DNA of 64,000 bases. Source: Thermoplasmata archaeon (GTDB lineage Archaea; Thermoplasmatota; Thermoplasmata; RBG-16-68-12; JAFNFQ01). The DNA is taken from assembly GCA_041489255.1 (NCBI GenBank), contig JBGPQV010000005.1, forward strand, positions 78,460-142,459. Direction: 5' to 3'. A program made the translations under genes and the position numbers. Every line of letters begins with the position of its first letter. Position 1 is the stretch's first letter. The notes beneath the pieces are model-generated. The model did no database searches and was not told the DNA's origin. It saw only the letters and a program-made list of their open reading frames with translations. Below are positions 38,660-49,000 of this stretch, one piece after another.

Positions 38660-39625
38660 TCACAGGTAGAGGTCTCTCCTGATGCGCGGCAGGAAGGCGG
38701 TGAAGATGGCAATCTTCGTGATCTCCTCGCGGTCGAGCCGCCCGTGGCTGAGGTATCCTATGGCGCCCTGCTTCGACCCCATGCCCTTGATGCCGGTGAT
38801 ACGCTCCATGGCCTGACCCACTGTCATCCCCTTCTCGACGAGCGAGACGACCGCAGGGGGGTAAGCGAAGCCTGGGCCGTGGCCGACCGTCAGCCGCCCC
38901 GCCTTGTCCACTACCGCGCAGTACTGCACATCCAGGTGATCTCTGATTGATTCGTTCCAGAACAGGCCCGCCTCGATCCCGACGCCGAAATCACCGCCAC
39001 CGAGCGCTCTCCTCGCCCTGTTGATCGCGCCGAGCACGACGTCCTGTTCGAGCGGCTCCGGTGGCACCCCGCTCTCGACCGACACGCCGCGCACCTTGAC
39101 CTTGGAATACAATTTCGAGGCGACCGTCCTGACAGCGCTCACCTTCAGTCGGTTGTTCGTGCCGACGTTGATGACAAGAGTCCTCAACATTCGCCCTGTC
39201 CGACCGACTTCCTTCGCCCTGATCCGCGTCGAAGAGATCGGGATGCAATCCTCTGCAAGGACCATCGGGACCGGGAGGAGGTCCAATGGCGGGAACCCTC
39301 GCATCGCGCGCTCCTCGTTGACCCGCACCGCCACCGCCCTTTTCTCGGCGGAGACGACGAGTGCATCGAGCTCCTCGCTGACTGCAGGCCCGAGTTCATC
39401 GTCGATTCGCACGATCTCGAATCCTTTCGCGCCCTTGCGGCGGAGATAGGATTCCAGGTTGCGTTTCCTCAACGCATACGGCGAGACTCTCTTTCTAGTG
39501 CGCCTTGCCATCTCGTCGCTCGTGAGCCCGACCAGCAGCTTCCCGCCAGTGTCGATTGCTTTCTTCAGCAGTGCTTCATGGCCGGCGTGGAGGATGTCGA
39601 ACGTCCCGCCGACCGCCACCCTCAC
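38660..39625 (-). CDS. coaD: Phosphopantetheine adenylyltransferase fused to inosine/xanthosine triphosphatase (YjjX)
   Basis: GGTFDILHAGH...ISSTRIR followed by GTNNRLKV...GAINRA...GIEAG...GAIGYLS. GTG start at 39625. Confidence 0.9.
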   Translation of the reverse strand: MRVAVGGTFDILHAGHEALLKKAIDTGGKLLVGLTSDEMARRTRKRVSPYALRKRNLESYLRRKGAKGFEIVRIDDELGPAVSEELDALVVSAEKRAVAVRVNEERAMRGFPPLDLLPVPMVLAEDCIPISSTRIRAKEVGRTGRMLRTLVINVGTNNRLKVSAVRTVASKLYSKVKVRGVSVESGVPPEPLEQDVVLGAINRARRALGGGDFGVGIEAGLFWNESIRDHLDVQYCAVVDKAGRLTVGHGPGFAYPPAVVSLVEKGMTVGQAMERITGIKGMGSKQGAIGYLSHGRLDREEITKIAIFTAFLPRIRRDLYL

Positions 39626-39627
39626 GC

Positions 39628-39828
39628 TTAGGCCCCCCAGAGCCAGATGACAATCACGACCGCGAAGGCTATGAAGCTGCCGAAGTAGAGCATGAGCAGC
39701 TGGCGCTTCTTCTTGCGGATGAGGTTCTCCCGTTTCGCTTTGCACTCGTCGGAGCAGTATTTCTCGGTGCCGACCATGGCCTTCTCGCACTCTGCACAAT
39801 GGCGGTGCTGGGGAATCCGCTCGACCAC
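39628..39828 (-). CDS. DUF2116 family Zn-ribbon membrane protein
   Basis: IPQHRHCAECEKA...YCSDEC plus C-terminal TM. TTTATA about 20 bp upstream of the GTG. Confidence 0.85.
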   Translation of the reverse strand: MVERIPQHRHCAECEKAMVGTEKYCSDECKAKRENLIRKKKRQLLMLYFGSFIAFAVVIVIWLWGA

Positions 39829-39904
39829 GATGTCGCATGGGAGCGGGATATAAAGAGGTTGGCGGCGGGACCGTTCGAGGCGGGGCGGCAACGATCGGAC
39901 CGAC

Positions 39905-40372
39905 TTGTGGATACTTATCCACAACCGCCCGCTGCCGCCTCAGGGAGCGGAGGCATTCATCTTCATCACTGCTAACCTCCTATCCACCTCCTTCTTGATC
40001 GAAGAGTAGTGGGCGGTCAACGACTCCAACGCCCGTCTCCTCGTTCTATCGGCACCTGCGGGCCCCAGGTACCGCCATCTCCTCCTGCTGTATCCGTTCT
40101 CTCGCGTGTACGACCAGAGGTAGACATACCGCCTTCCGTTGACCCTCCGGACCTCGAGGCCGCATCCGATCTCCATGTGGATACTTATCCACAAACCCGG
40201 CTTGAACGGCATTGCGGGGGAGGGGCGAAAGTGACCTCGCCCGCTCGGGGGGAAGTGAGCTGACTTGTGGAACTTATCCACAAGTCCCGAAAGCGGCCTC
40301 TCCCCGGCCGTGGCGGCTTGCGACCGGAGCGGCGTTTGCAGGATTTGTCGAGTTGTGGATACTTGTCCACAA
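39905..40372. repeat. Four copies of the palindrome TTGTGGATA-CT-TATCCACAA
   Basis: 39905-39924 perfect; 40175-40194 ATGTGGATACTTATCCACAA; 40265-40283 TTGTGGA-ACTTATCCACAA (arms extend over 40262-40286); 40353-40372 TTGTGGATACTTGTCCACAA. Confidence 0.95.
39940..40176 (-). CDS. 78-aa basic putative DNA-binding protein (SSV1 integrase N-terminal/D-335-like)
   Basis: LEVRRVNGRRYVYLWSY...RRRWRYLGP followed by an amphipathic helix. The ATG lies inside palindrome copy 2. Confidence 0.75.
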   Translation of the reverse strand: MEIGCGLEVRRVNGRRYVYLWSYTRENGYSRRRWRYLGPAGADRTRRRALESLTAHYSSIKKEVDRRLAVMKMNASAP

Positions 40373-40495
40373 GAGGGTAATCGATTTGACCCTTGCGGGC
40401 AAGGTTTTTACATTTTTCGCCACGAGCATTTAAAGGACGCCGAAGCGCCTTTATACTACATCGGCATTGAACGCGGGAGTCTGCCGGTGGGGGTC

Positions 40496-40759
40496 ATGAA
40501 GAAGCTAGGTGTCGTGGACAACCTCTCCTACGACGGCTCGATACTCGTGCGGGCCGAGTTCGCCCCGGGCAGGGGCGCGCAGGTTCTTGACGCAAAGAAG
40601 AACCCGGTCGGCAAGATTTTCAAGGTGTTCGGCCCGGTCAGGAGGCCTTTCGCTGCGGTGAGACCGAGCAGGAAGGTGTCGCTGAGCCTCATCGGTTCCG
40701 AGGTCTATCTCGAAGAGGGAGAACATGCCGAAAAACCCAAGAAAGGTCGAAGAAGCTGA
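40496..40759 (+). CDS. gar1: H/ACA RNP protein Gar1
   Basis: MKKLGVV...[15 protein letters not shown]; conserved position directly upstream of tfb. Confidence 0.88.
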   Translation: MKKLGVVDNLSYDGSILVRAEFAPGRGAQVLDAKKNPVGKIFKVFGPVRRPFAAVRPSRKVSLSLIGSEVYLEEGEHAEKPKKGRRS

Positions 40760-41666
40760 TGAAGTCACAAGGTGCCCCGAGTGCAACAGCACGCACCTGA
40801 GGTTCGACTACGAAAGAGGCGAGCTGGTCTGCGACGAGTGCGGTCTCGTCATTTCCGACCAGATGATCGACCAGGGCCCGGAGTGGCGGGCGTTCGACAT
40901 GGAGCAGGGTGAGAAGAGGGCGCGCACCGGCGCGCCGATGACCTACACGATTCACGACAAGGGCCTTTCCACGACGATAGGCTGGAAGAACAAGGACTCC
41001 TACGGCAAGAGCATCCCGACGAGGAGCCGCGCGCAGCTGTACCGCCTGAGGAAGTGGCAGCGCAGGATCAGGGTGAGCAACGCGGCTGAGAGGAACCTTG
41101 CGTTCGCCCTCAGCGAGCTCGACCGCATGGCGAGCGGCATGGGCCTGCCGAGGAATGTGCGGGAGGCGGCCGCCATGATCTACCGCAAGGCGGTGAACAA
41201 GAACCTCATCCGGGGAAGGTCGATCGAGGGTGTCGTCGCCGCCAGCCTCTATGCGGCTTGCAGGCAGTGCAACGTCCCGAGGACCCTCGACGAGATTGCG
41301 GGAAGCAGCCGCGTCGGGAGGAAGGAGATAGGCAGGACCTACAGGTTCATGACGCGCGAGCTGAAGCTGAAGCTCATGCCGACCCGCCCCCAGGACTACG
41401 TCTCACGGTTCTGTTCCGAGCTCAAGCTGAGCGGTGAGGTGCATTCGAAGGCCATCGAGATCCTCAAGGATGCGGCAGACAAGGAGCTCACCTCGGGCAG
41501 GGGACCGACCGGCGTGGCGGCAGCCGCCATATACGTCGCGTCGATCATGGCGAACGAGCGCAGGACGCAGCGCGAGGTCGCTGATGTGGCGGGAGTGACC
41601 GAGGTCACCATCAGGAACAGGTACAAGGAGCTCACCGAAAAGCTCGGCATAAAGATCGAACTCTAG
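40725..41666 (+). CDS. tfb: Transcription initiation factor IIB
   Basis: CPEC...CDECG Zn ribbon, [10 protein letters not shown], two cyclin repeats, [13 protein letters not shown]. Confidence 0.99.
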   Translation: MPKNPRKVEEADEVTRCPECNSTHLRFDYERGELVCDECGLVISDQMIDQGPEWRAFDMEQGEKRARTGAPMTYTIHDKGLSTTIGWKNKDSYGKSIPTRSRAQLYRLRKWQRRIRVSNAAERNLAFALSELDRMASGMGLPRNVREAAAMIYRKAVNKNLIRGRSIEGVVAASLYAACRQCNVPRTLDEIAGSSRVGRKEIGRTYRFMTRELKLKLMPTRPQDYVSRFCSELKLSGEVHSKAIEILKDAADKELTSGRGPTGVAAAAIYVASIMANERRTQREVADVAGVTEVTIRNRYKELTEKLGIKIEL

Positions 41667-41723
41667 ACTGGTGATTGCGAGCACCGTCGACTTCAAACAC
41701 AGCGCGAGCATTTCGTGGCGGGA

Positions 41724-43295
41724 ATGAGCGACTCGGTCGATGCGAACCTGGTCTTCGTGAATGCCCTCCTCTGGAGCCCTGGCTTTGAGAAGCCGAGACG
41801 CGGAGCGATCGCTGTCGGCGGCGGGAGGATTGTGCGGGTTGGCAGCGACGCGAGGTGCGAGGCTGAAGCCGCCAAGAACGCGAGGGTAATCAACGTCCAC
41901 GGACACCTCATCCTGCCCGGTTTCATCGATGCCCATGCTCACCTGCTCCACACCGGCCCGCGCATGGAGTGGCTGCAGCTCCAAGGCATCTCGTCGATGG
42001 CAGGCGTGCAGGTTGTGGTGGCCCGGAAGGCCCGCGAGACGAAGGGGCGAGTCTGGATTCTAGGTCGCGGCTGGGACGAGAGCACTTGGCCCGAGCGCAG
42101 GTACCCGACCAGGCACGACCTCGACGAGGCGGCGGGCGACAAGCCGGTCCTGCTGCGGCGGGTGGACGGCCACATGTGTGTCGTCAACACCGCTGCCCTT
42201 AGAATCCTGCGGATGCCCAAGAACACCCCGGGCCTGGAAGTCGACGCCGCAGGTCAGCCGACAGGCATCCTGAAGGAGGCCGCTGCGGAGTTGGCGGGAG
42301 AGAGGGCAAAGCCAACAATCGCCCAGCTCGTGAATTCGTTTCCAAGGATGCTGCGTCTGGCGCACAGCCTCGGAATATCCTCGATCCACGACGTCGTCGA
42401 CGAGCGTGGCCTTCAGGCGTACGAGAGACTCGCCAAACGATGCGACCTCGGTCTGAGAGTCTCGGTGATGCCAGAAATCGATCTACTTCCTTTGATGAAG
42501 ACGCGAAAAGGGAAATCCGGATTCGACGGAGAATGGTTGAGACTCGGGGCCCTGAAGGCCTATTCCGACGGCTCGCTCGGCGCGAGGACGGCGGCACTGC
42601 ACGAACCCTATGCAGATGCCCTCACCGAGAGAGGGCAGCTAATGTACAGCGGCGGGAAGCTGGAGACGGTCGTGGGGAGGGCGGTGCGCTCCGGGTTCCA
42701 GCTGGCGATCCACGCAATCGGCGACAGGGCGATTGACGCGGTAATAGATGCTTATGAAGCTGCCCTCGGAGAGGAACCCGAGAATAATCGCCGCCATAGG
42801 ATCGAGCACTTTGAGCTACCGAGCGAGGAAGCGCTCGAGAGGTGCAGGAGCCTCGGCATCGTCCCGGTGATGCAGCCGAACTTCGTGGTGAACTGGAGCC
42901 AGCCTGGCGGATTGTACGATGCGCGACTGGGCCCGGAGAGGACTCGGCGCAACAACCCGCACAGACTCATCCTCAAGAAAGGACTCCGGCTCGCGTTCGG
43001 CTCCGACGGCATGCCGTACGGGCCTCTCCTCGGTCTGCATGGGGCAGTGACCCCGCCACATCCGGGTCAGCGCATCTCGCTCCAAGAAGCGCTTGAGGCC
43101 TACACGCTTGCAGGTGCATTCGCGTCTTTCGATGAAAAGGAGAAGGGCAGCTTGGCTGAGGGGAGGCTCGCGGACCTCGCGGTCGTCGACGGGGCGTGGG
43201 ATGGCGGTGGGCGCAACCTCTCGCACTGGATGATCGCCACCACGATCGTCGGCGGGAGAATCGTATACAGGAGTCCCGCCATCGCGCGCGAATGA
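41724..43295 (+). CDS. Amidohydrolase 3 family (YtcJ-like) metal-dependent hydrolase
   Basis: PGFIDAHAH, DGSLGARTA, HAIGDRA, RIEH, FGSD, GRLADL. Confidence 0.92.
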   Translation: MSDSVDANLVFVNALLWSPGFEKPRRGAIAVGGGRIVRVGSDARCEAEAAKNARVINVHGHLILPGFIDAHAHLLHTGPRMEWLQLQGISSMAGVQVVVARKARETKGRVWILGRGWDESTWPERRYPTRHDLDEAAGDKPVLLRRVDGHMCVVNTAALRILRMPKNTPGLEVDAAGQPTGILKEAAAELAGERAKPTIAQLVNSFPRMLRLAHSLGISSIHDVVDERGLQAYERLAKRCDLGLRVSVMPEIDLLPLMKTRKGKSGFDGEWLRLGALKAYSDGSLGARTAALHEPYADALTERGQLMYSGGKLETVVGRAVRSGFQLAIHAIGDRAIDAVIDAYEAALGEEPENNRRHRIEHFELPSEEALERCRSLGIVPVMQPNFVVNWSQPGGLYDARLGPERTRRNNPHRLILKKGLRLAFGSDGMPYGPLLGLHGAVTPPHPGQRISLQEALEAYTLAGAFASFDEKEKGSLAEGRLADLAVVDGAWDGGGRNLSHWMIATTIVGGRIVYRSPAIARE

Positions 43296-43307
43296 GCGAT
43301 TCGGCAG

Positions 43308-44360
43308 CTAAGGTCTGACCCTCTGGAGTTTCAGGTATGTAATCTTCTCGCCCGCCTCGCCGAAGAGTATCTCCTTCTTGACCCCGTGAGCGAGGCGCAC
43401 AGCCCTGCTGATCTCGGGCCACATCCCCCTGAACTCCGCGGGGAACGCGTGGATTAGGTACTTCGCGTGGTGCTTCTCCGGATCGCCCTCGTACGCCCTG
43501 AAGTGCGAGCCGTACTTGAAGCCGGTCTTTACGACTATCCCCCTCTCCCTGAGGTTCTCGTATGTGCGGAGCCTCAGGTCGAAGTCGGGCTGGATCCTCC
43601 GCGCCTTCCTGAGCACGCTCTCGAGCGTCAGCATCCTCCCCGACTTGGCGTTCCTAACGGCGAACGACCCGCCCTTCATGATGTAGACTGTCTCGATGAG
43701 CGAGAGATGGAGTCGACGCCCGACCATCTTGCCGTAGAAGCCCTCCTCGTACAGGGCTTGGGCTTGCTGCCCGTCCACGACGGTCGCCCTGTCCTCGGTG
43801 AGGAACGCCTCGATCCTCCCGCCATGGCTGGCGCGCTGCCACTTCCCCCTGGGGAACGCTTCCTTGACACCGTAGTAGGTGAGGTCGCTCTCTTCGTCCA
43901 CGACCGCCAGTAGCAGCTTCTTCCTCAGGGATGAGACCTTCCTCTGCTGGTGGATCAGCGCCTCCATGTCGAACACCGCGCGCTCGGAGATTGCCGCCAC
44001 CCAGAACAGGCTCGGCGTCTTCTTCGGACCACCGCCGCGGGGATAGACCATGAAATCGAGCGGCTCGCGGTTCTCCTTCACCACATAGCCACGTTGTCTG
44101 AGGTCGCGAAAGACCACGTAGCTGATGACGAAGTTCGGATATGCGGCGTTCGCCGCCCTGAGCAGTCGCTCGTGGCTCACCGGCTTGCCGCGCGAAGTCA
44201 ATTGCAGCCTGTCTCCTTCTGCCAAATAAAGCGCTTCGAGCAAGGTCAGCTTCAGACCGCCACCGGAGATAGGACTGCCGTAGTAACCGCGGTTGTAGAT
44301 CTGACTCGCCTCTGTCTCGTCGGCGACTAGGACGGAATCTCCCTGCAGTTCCCCGGACAT
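43308..44360 (-). CDS. endA: tRNA-intron endonuclease, two-repeat homodimer type
   Basis: Two repeats (LTLLEALYL and LSLIETVYI); catalytic KTGFKYGSHFRAY...HAKY...GVKK. Start at ATG 44360. Confidence 0.96.
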   Translation of the reverse strand: MSGELQGDSVLVADETEASQIYNRGYYGSPISGGGLKLTLLEALYLAEGDRLQLTSRGKPVSHERLLRAANAAYPNFVISYVVFRDLRQRGYVVKENREPLDFMVYPRGGGPKKTPSLFWVAAISERAVFDMEALIHQQRKVSSLRKKLLLAVVDEESDLTYYGVKEAFPRGKWQRASHGGRIEAFLTEDRATVVDGQQAQALYEEGFYGKMVGRRLHLSLIETVYIMKGGSFAVRNAKSGRMLTLESVLRKARRIQPDFDLRLRTYENLRERGIVVKTGFKYGSHFRAYEGDPEKHHAKYLIHAFPAEFRGMWPEISRAVRLAHGVKKEILFGEAGEKITYLKLQRVRP

Positions 44361-44480
44361 CGTGTCGATGGTCTGATATGCGCCCCGCGTATTAGCCTTG
44401 CTTTGGCGGGTTTTCCGCAATCCTCCATCCATGTACTGACCAAAACCCCTTAAATAGAAGCGCTTCCATGGTCTCATCTG

Positions 44481-45422
44481 TTGAACCGCGAACAGCTCAT
44501 AAACGAGATCAGGGACCTGCTGGCGAAGACCGGCTTCTACCTCTCCGACAAGGCGAACACGAGGGGGATGAGCTTCGACATCATCGCAAGGAGAGACCAG
44601 AACCTCCTGCTGATCAAGGTTCTCGCGAACGTCGATGCGTTCACCGAGACGAACGCCGGGGAGCTCAAGCTGATCGCGAGGACGCTCGACGGCTCGCCGA
44701 TTCTGGTCGGGCAAAGGAGCGGCGGCGGGCGCCTCGAGGAGGGCGTGATATACAGCCGGTTCGGGGTCCCGATACTCTCCAAGGAAACGTTTGTCGACTT
44801 CTTCGCCGAGGGAGTCCCGCCATTCGTCTTCGCGGCGCCAGGCGGCCTCTATGTCCGCCTCGACGGCGACCTGCTCAGGAAGCTGAGGGACACCAAGAAC
44901 ATCTCTCTCGGCACGCTCGCCGAAGTGGCCGGCGTTTCGCGAAGGACCGTCCAGATGTACCTGGAGGGGATGAGCGCGACGATAGACATCGCCCTCCGCC
45001 TCGAGGAGTTCTTCGGCGAGCCTCTGGTGATCCCCGTGGATCCTTTCGCCTACACCAAGGACCTGGAACAGGCATTGGTCAGCTGGGACGAGTTCGACAC
45101 ATTCGAGAAGCACGTCTTCCAGAAGCTGCAGAACCTCGGATTCGAGGTGCTGCCGACCCTCAGGTGCCCGTTCGAGGCGCTGACAGCCGACCGCGAGGCG
45201 ATATACCTGACCGGGGTGAGGACGAAGAACGAGAATGTCGAGGAGAAGGTGGCGATGGTCAGCAACATCTCGAAGGTGGCGGAGAGAGACTCCGTGGTCT
45301 TCGTCGAGAAGAGCAGGCTCAGGGTGAGCATCAGGGGCACGCCAATAATCAACAAGGACGAGCTCAGGAAGATCAAGGAGCGAGAGGAGATCCAGGACCT
45401 GATCGAGGAGCGCAAGAAGTGA
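44481..45422 (+). CDS. Conserved archaeal Cro/C1-HTH transcriptional regulator (COG1395-like)
   Basis: SFDIIARR...KVLANVD, APGGLYV, SLGTLAEVAGVSRRTVQMY. Confidence 0.88.
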   Translation: MNREQLINEIRDLLAKTGFYLSDKANTRGMSFDIIARRDQNLLLIKVLANVDAFTETNAGELKLIARTLDGSPILVGQRSGGGRLEEGVIYSRFGVPILSKETFVDFFAEGVPPFVFAAPGGLYVRLDGDLLRKLRDTKNISLGTLAEVAGVSRRTVQMYLEGMSATIDIALRLEEFFGEPLVIPVDPFAYTKDLEQALVSWDEFDTFEKHVFQKLQNLGFEVLPTLRCPFEALTADREAIYLTGVRTKNENVEEKVAMVSNISKVAERDSVVFVEKSRLRVSIRGTPIINKDELRKIKEREEIQDLIEERKK

Positions 45423-45423
45423 C

Positions 45424-46053
45424 ATGGACGTCATCGACTGGCCGACCGGCCACCGCGTGTTCCTGCTGCCGGTGATTCGTGGCCTTGAGTCCGAGAGAAT
45501 GAAAGTGGGGAAAGCCCTCCAGGAATGTTCGCCCAAGATGATTGCAATCTCGGTCTCGCCCGAAGAACTCGACGGATTGTGCAAGTTCGAAGGAGGCGAG
45601 GTCGAAGCGTCGAACTTCGAGGAGGAAATCTATATGGAAAGACTCGCGGCATTCGGAGAGGTCAGCAAGCCCCCGCCATGTTTCCTCGAAGCGCGGGACC
45701 AGGCAAAGGAGAGGGGCCTGAAGCTCGAAGCTCTCGATCTGAACAACGAGGACTTCACCGAGGCCTATGTGACGAACGTCAGCACAGTGGAGATGATGAC
45801 GCAATCGTGGATAGCGAACAAGCTCCAAGGCCCGAGCCTCGAAGCGGGGACGCCCGAGGAATTCGTCCTGAAGTTCGACTGTGCGGTGAACCGCAAGGAT
45901 GGGTTCAAGCGGCTTGAGCAGGCCAGGGAGAAGCACATGGCGAAGCGACTGGTCAGGCTGATGGAAGAGTCGAAGGACACGCTTGCCCTGATCGAACTGG
46001 AGCGCCTGGAAGGGGTGAGGCGGGCGCTGGCTCCCGCCTACCTACCCCTGTGA
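45424..46053 (+). CDS. Conserved hypothetical protein (possibly TraB/TIKI-like fold)
   Basis: Coupled to the upstream gene, protein-like composition, REKHMAKRL motif. Confidence 0.7.
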   Translation: MDVIDWPTGHRVFLLPVIRGLESERMKVGKALQECSPKMIAISVSPEELDGLCKFEGGEVEASNFEEEIYMERLAAFGEVSKPPPCFLEARDQAKERGLKLEALDLNNEDFTEAYVTNVSTVEMMTQSWIANKLQGPSLEAGTPEEFVLKFDCAVNRKDGFKRLEQAREKHMAKRLVRLMEESKDTLALIELERLEGVRRALAPAYLPL

Positions 46054-49000
46054 TTCGCGTTGCTCGCGTCTCCCAAATCGATTGCCCAGATTGGCACACC
46101 GACGAGGAATCCTGGAACGTTCGGGTTGACCCAGTTGCCCGCGTTGTTTCTGTAGTAGACGACGTGGCCGATGTTGGTTCCACCTGTAGTCACGACAATG
46201 TCGTCGTCACCGTCGCCGTCGATATCTCCCGCGGCCAATGCCTTCGTGGCTTCGCCGCCGGGTGTGGTGAGCGTCTTGATGAGGGTGCCTGTAGTTCCGA
46301 ATCCTGTATAGATGTACACGGAAGTCCCTGTGGAGGTGACGACCTCGAGTCCTGTTTTCGTGAGGTAGCAGTCTGCGAGCTTCACGCCTGTGATGCTGCC
46401 TCCGGGGGATGCGAACTTCTGCGATGGCGGAATAAGGCCCCCTGCGCTACCCATCAGTTTGTAGACATTGCCGGCTGACGTCCCGACCACGAGGTCGTCA
46501 AAGGTATCGGTCGGACCGCTGTTCTGGTTCCCCGCATCGAGCACCATCCCGTTGGCGCCGTCATCCAGGTTGATATCGATTCCAGTGACTCCGCCGGGTG
46601 TTTGGACCGTGATATTCAAGACGTTCACATAGAGGTCGTCCAGATTGATGTTGTTGATAGTTCGATCTGTGTCAACGACTTTGATCCATATGCTCTGGCC
46701 GCCGAGGTTCGGGAGGACGTAGCTGAAGGTCGTGTCTGGCGCAGGCTGGCTCACGGTGATTGTAGGTCCGATATATGGTCCGGACTGTCCGGATGTCGAG
46801 TAGTAGAATGCGAAATTGTCCGCCTCAGCATTATTTGGCCTATAGCCTACCACATAAAGCGTGTATGAGCTGCCCGGTCTGTTCGGCAGTGTCTGCAGCT
46901 TCCAGTAGTGTTCCAGCGCGCTTCGCTCGCCTGCCGGAATGACAGTCTCGATGTACATGTAGTCTACGTATGTCCTGTCAGCCGTCTCTCCATTTGATTG
47001 AACGGTGTCGAGCACACGAATGTAGACATTGCCGCTAGTGCCCGATGGGAGGGTGTAAGAGTAGGAGTACCCCGTGTCGGAGGTGTTCGTGACAGTGAAC
47101 ATGTCAGTCCACGGACCACTTGTGGATGTGGCGTACTGGAATTTGAAGTCGTCATTCGGATTGGAGCCGGACGACTTGTAGCCGTTCAATTTGACTTTGT
47201 GGGAGGAGCCAGCAGGTACGTTGAAGGTCCAGTAGGCCTGCAGGCAGTACTTGTTGGCTTGGCAGGTCCCTTCGAGGAGGGTCTCATATACGCTGTTGTC
47301 CGATCTGGTGTCGGTGTAGCTTCCGGAATCGATCGAGCCATATGTGAACGACGCTTCTTGGTTCGCCGTGTCATTGCTGTAGGTCGTGGGGAAATTCTTC
47401 TTCTCTTCTCTGAACTGCTCGTATGCTGAGTCCGAAGTGAACGTCGATGTGTAATCCCCCGAGACAATCGAGCCATAGACAGTGTTCTCCTGAGTGGCCC
47501 TCCACCAGTCTGTCTGCTGGGTCGTGGTGAACTTGCCGTTCCCGTCTATGTTCGGGTACCATGTGACTTCCTTCGTGTTCCCATTTCTCGCTACAGCGAT
47601 GTCCATGTCGTGGTCGCCGTCGAAATCACCCAGGTCGATCGAGTTGACTTGTCCGCTCCGCGAGATGTCCACGCTCACCTTCGTCCAGGAGCCGTCGTTC
47701 TTGTAGTACCAGACCTTGCCACTGGTCGAGCCGACGATAATTTCAGGCGCCGTGTCCCTGTCAATGCTTCCGGTCACTATTGCGGTGATCAAATCGTTAC
47801 CTGTATTCTCCAGAATGAACGGCGTCCAGACGGTATTGCCGCTCGTGTCCAAATCTCTCCTGAACAAGTACAGCCACGCGGTATTCTGGTCCTGCTTGAG
47901 ACTTGCAGCGATGTCCAAGTCTCCATCCTGGTCGAAATCTAGATATTTGATCGCCACGCCCGCGATCCACTTGGTTGCATCGGACGGTCCACTAAGGATT
48001 CTGTACTTCGTCCATCTGTCCCAACTGTTGACATTCTCCAGGTAATAGCCTAGGTCATGGGTCCCCCATCGCGGATCCATTGTGTCGTCGTTCGCGATTG
48101 CGATGTCCAGCTGGTACTCTGGAGCGCGTATGGTGAGTTGGCTCTGCAAGGCGAGCGTGTACTCCTCGTCAGCGTCCCTGATGCTTATGACCCTCAGCGC
48201 ATAGTTCTGAGTTCCTGGCACCCACGGATCCTGATTGACGAGGCTCAGGTTCAGAGCGAATCTGTAGGATATGCTGCCGTCGTGCTTCTCCACCGCCAGC
48301 AAGCCAGCGGTGCACGCGCCAGTCACGGGGCAAATCGGCTCGTTGACGTTCTTCCCGCTCAGCGGCGCCTTCCACACCTGTGTCCCGCCCAGGTAGTCCT
48401 GGATTACAATATTCCCCATGTAGTAGGTCGTATCCACAGTCTTCATCGTGACGCGGACGTACACGACGTCTGTGCTGTTGAATGTGTTCGACTTTTGAGT
48501 GAACCCTGAATCCTTGAACGTCTCCAGCATGGGGTACAGTCTCATGTTGCCGTTATTGTCGGTGATGTTTATCGTGTCAGTAGTGTGGAACTTGTTTGGC
48601 TGCGGGGTGACGTCGTCCCACAGCGTGATCTCCAGCGGGTACCTTCCGAAAAAGTAGTACGGCGGGTGGGTCGGGTTGTTCAGGAAGTAGTTGATGCCGA
48701 CGGACGACGCATTGTTCAGCTCGAACCTGTAGGTGAATACGTTGTAACCGTTGACGTAGTCATAGTAGGTGAATGCCGCAGTATTCGACGCCTGCGTGTC
48801 GGCGGTCGGAACCTTGATCGTGCCGTACACAACATATTCCGGAGGGAGGTTCGAGAACGGATCATACATGAAGAACTCATCATGCGCACCCTTAGAGTTC
48901 CTCAGCAGCGCGCTTGCGACGACTACGACGACGGTCTCTTTCTCTTTGAAGGTCCTTGTCTCGTTCGCGGCGTAGTCATTGTTATCCCATTCGGTCGCGT

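Noticed and set aside
38660-39922. 420-aa ORF as a longer CoaD
   Set aside because: The extension overlaps the DUF2116 gene in another frame; homology begins at GTG 39625.
39905-40372. Palindrome array as a CRISPR array
   Set aside because: Repeats are only 19-20 bp, gaps are about 70 and 250 bp, one gap holds a gene, and there are no cas genes in the window.
39905-40372. Bacterial oriC from contamination or a chimeric contig
   Set aside because: Both flanks are unambiguous archaeal genes (DUF2116, gar1, tfb) with similar composition, and there is no dnaA, dnaN or rpmH.
43308-45584. 758-aa ORF as an extended EndA
   Set aside because: The upstream part is the antisense shadow of the HTH regulator gene; EndA homology begins at ATG 44360.
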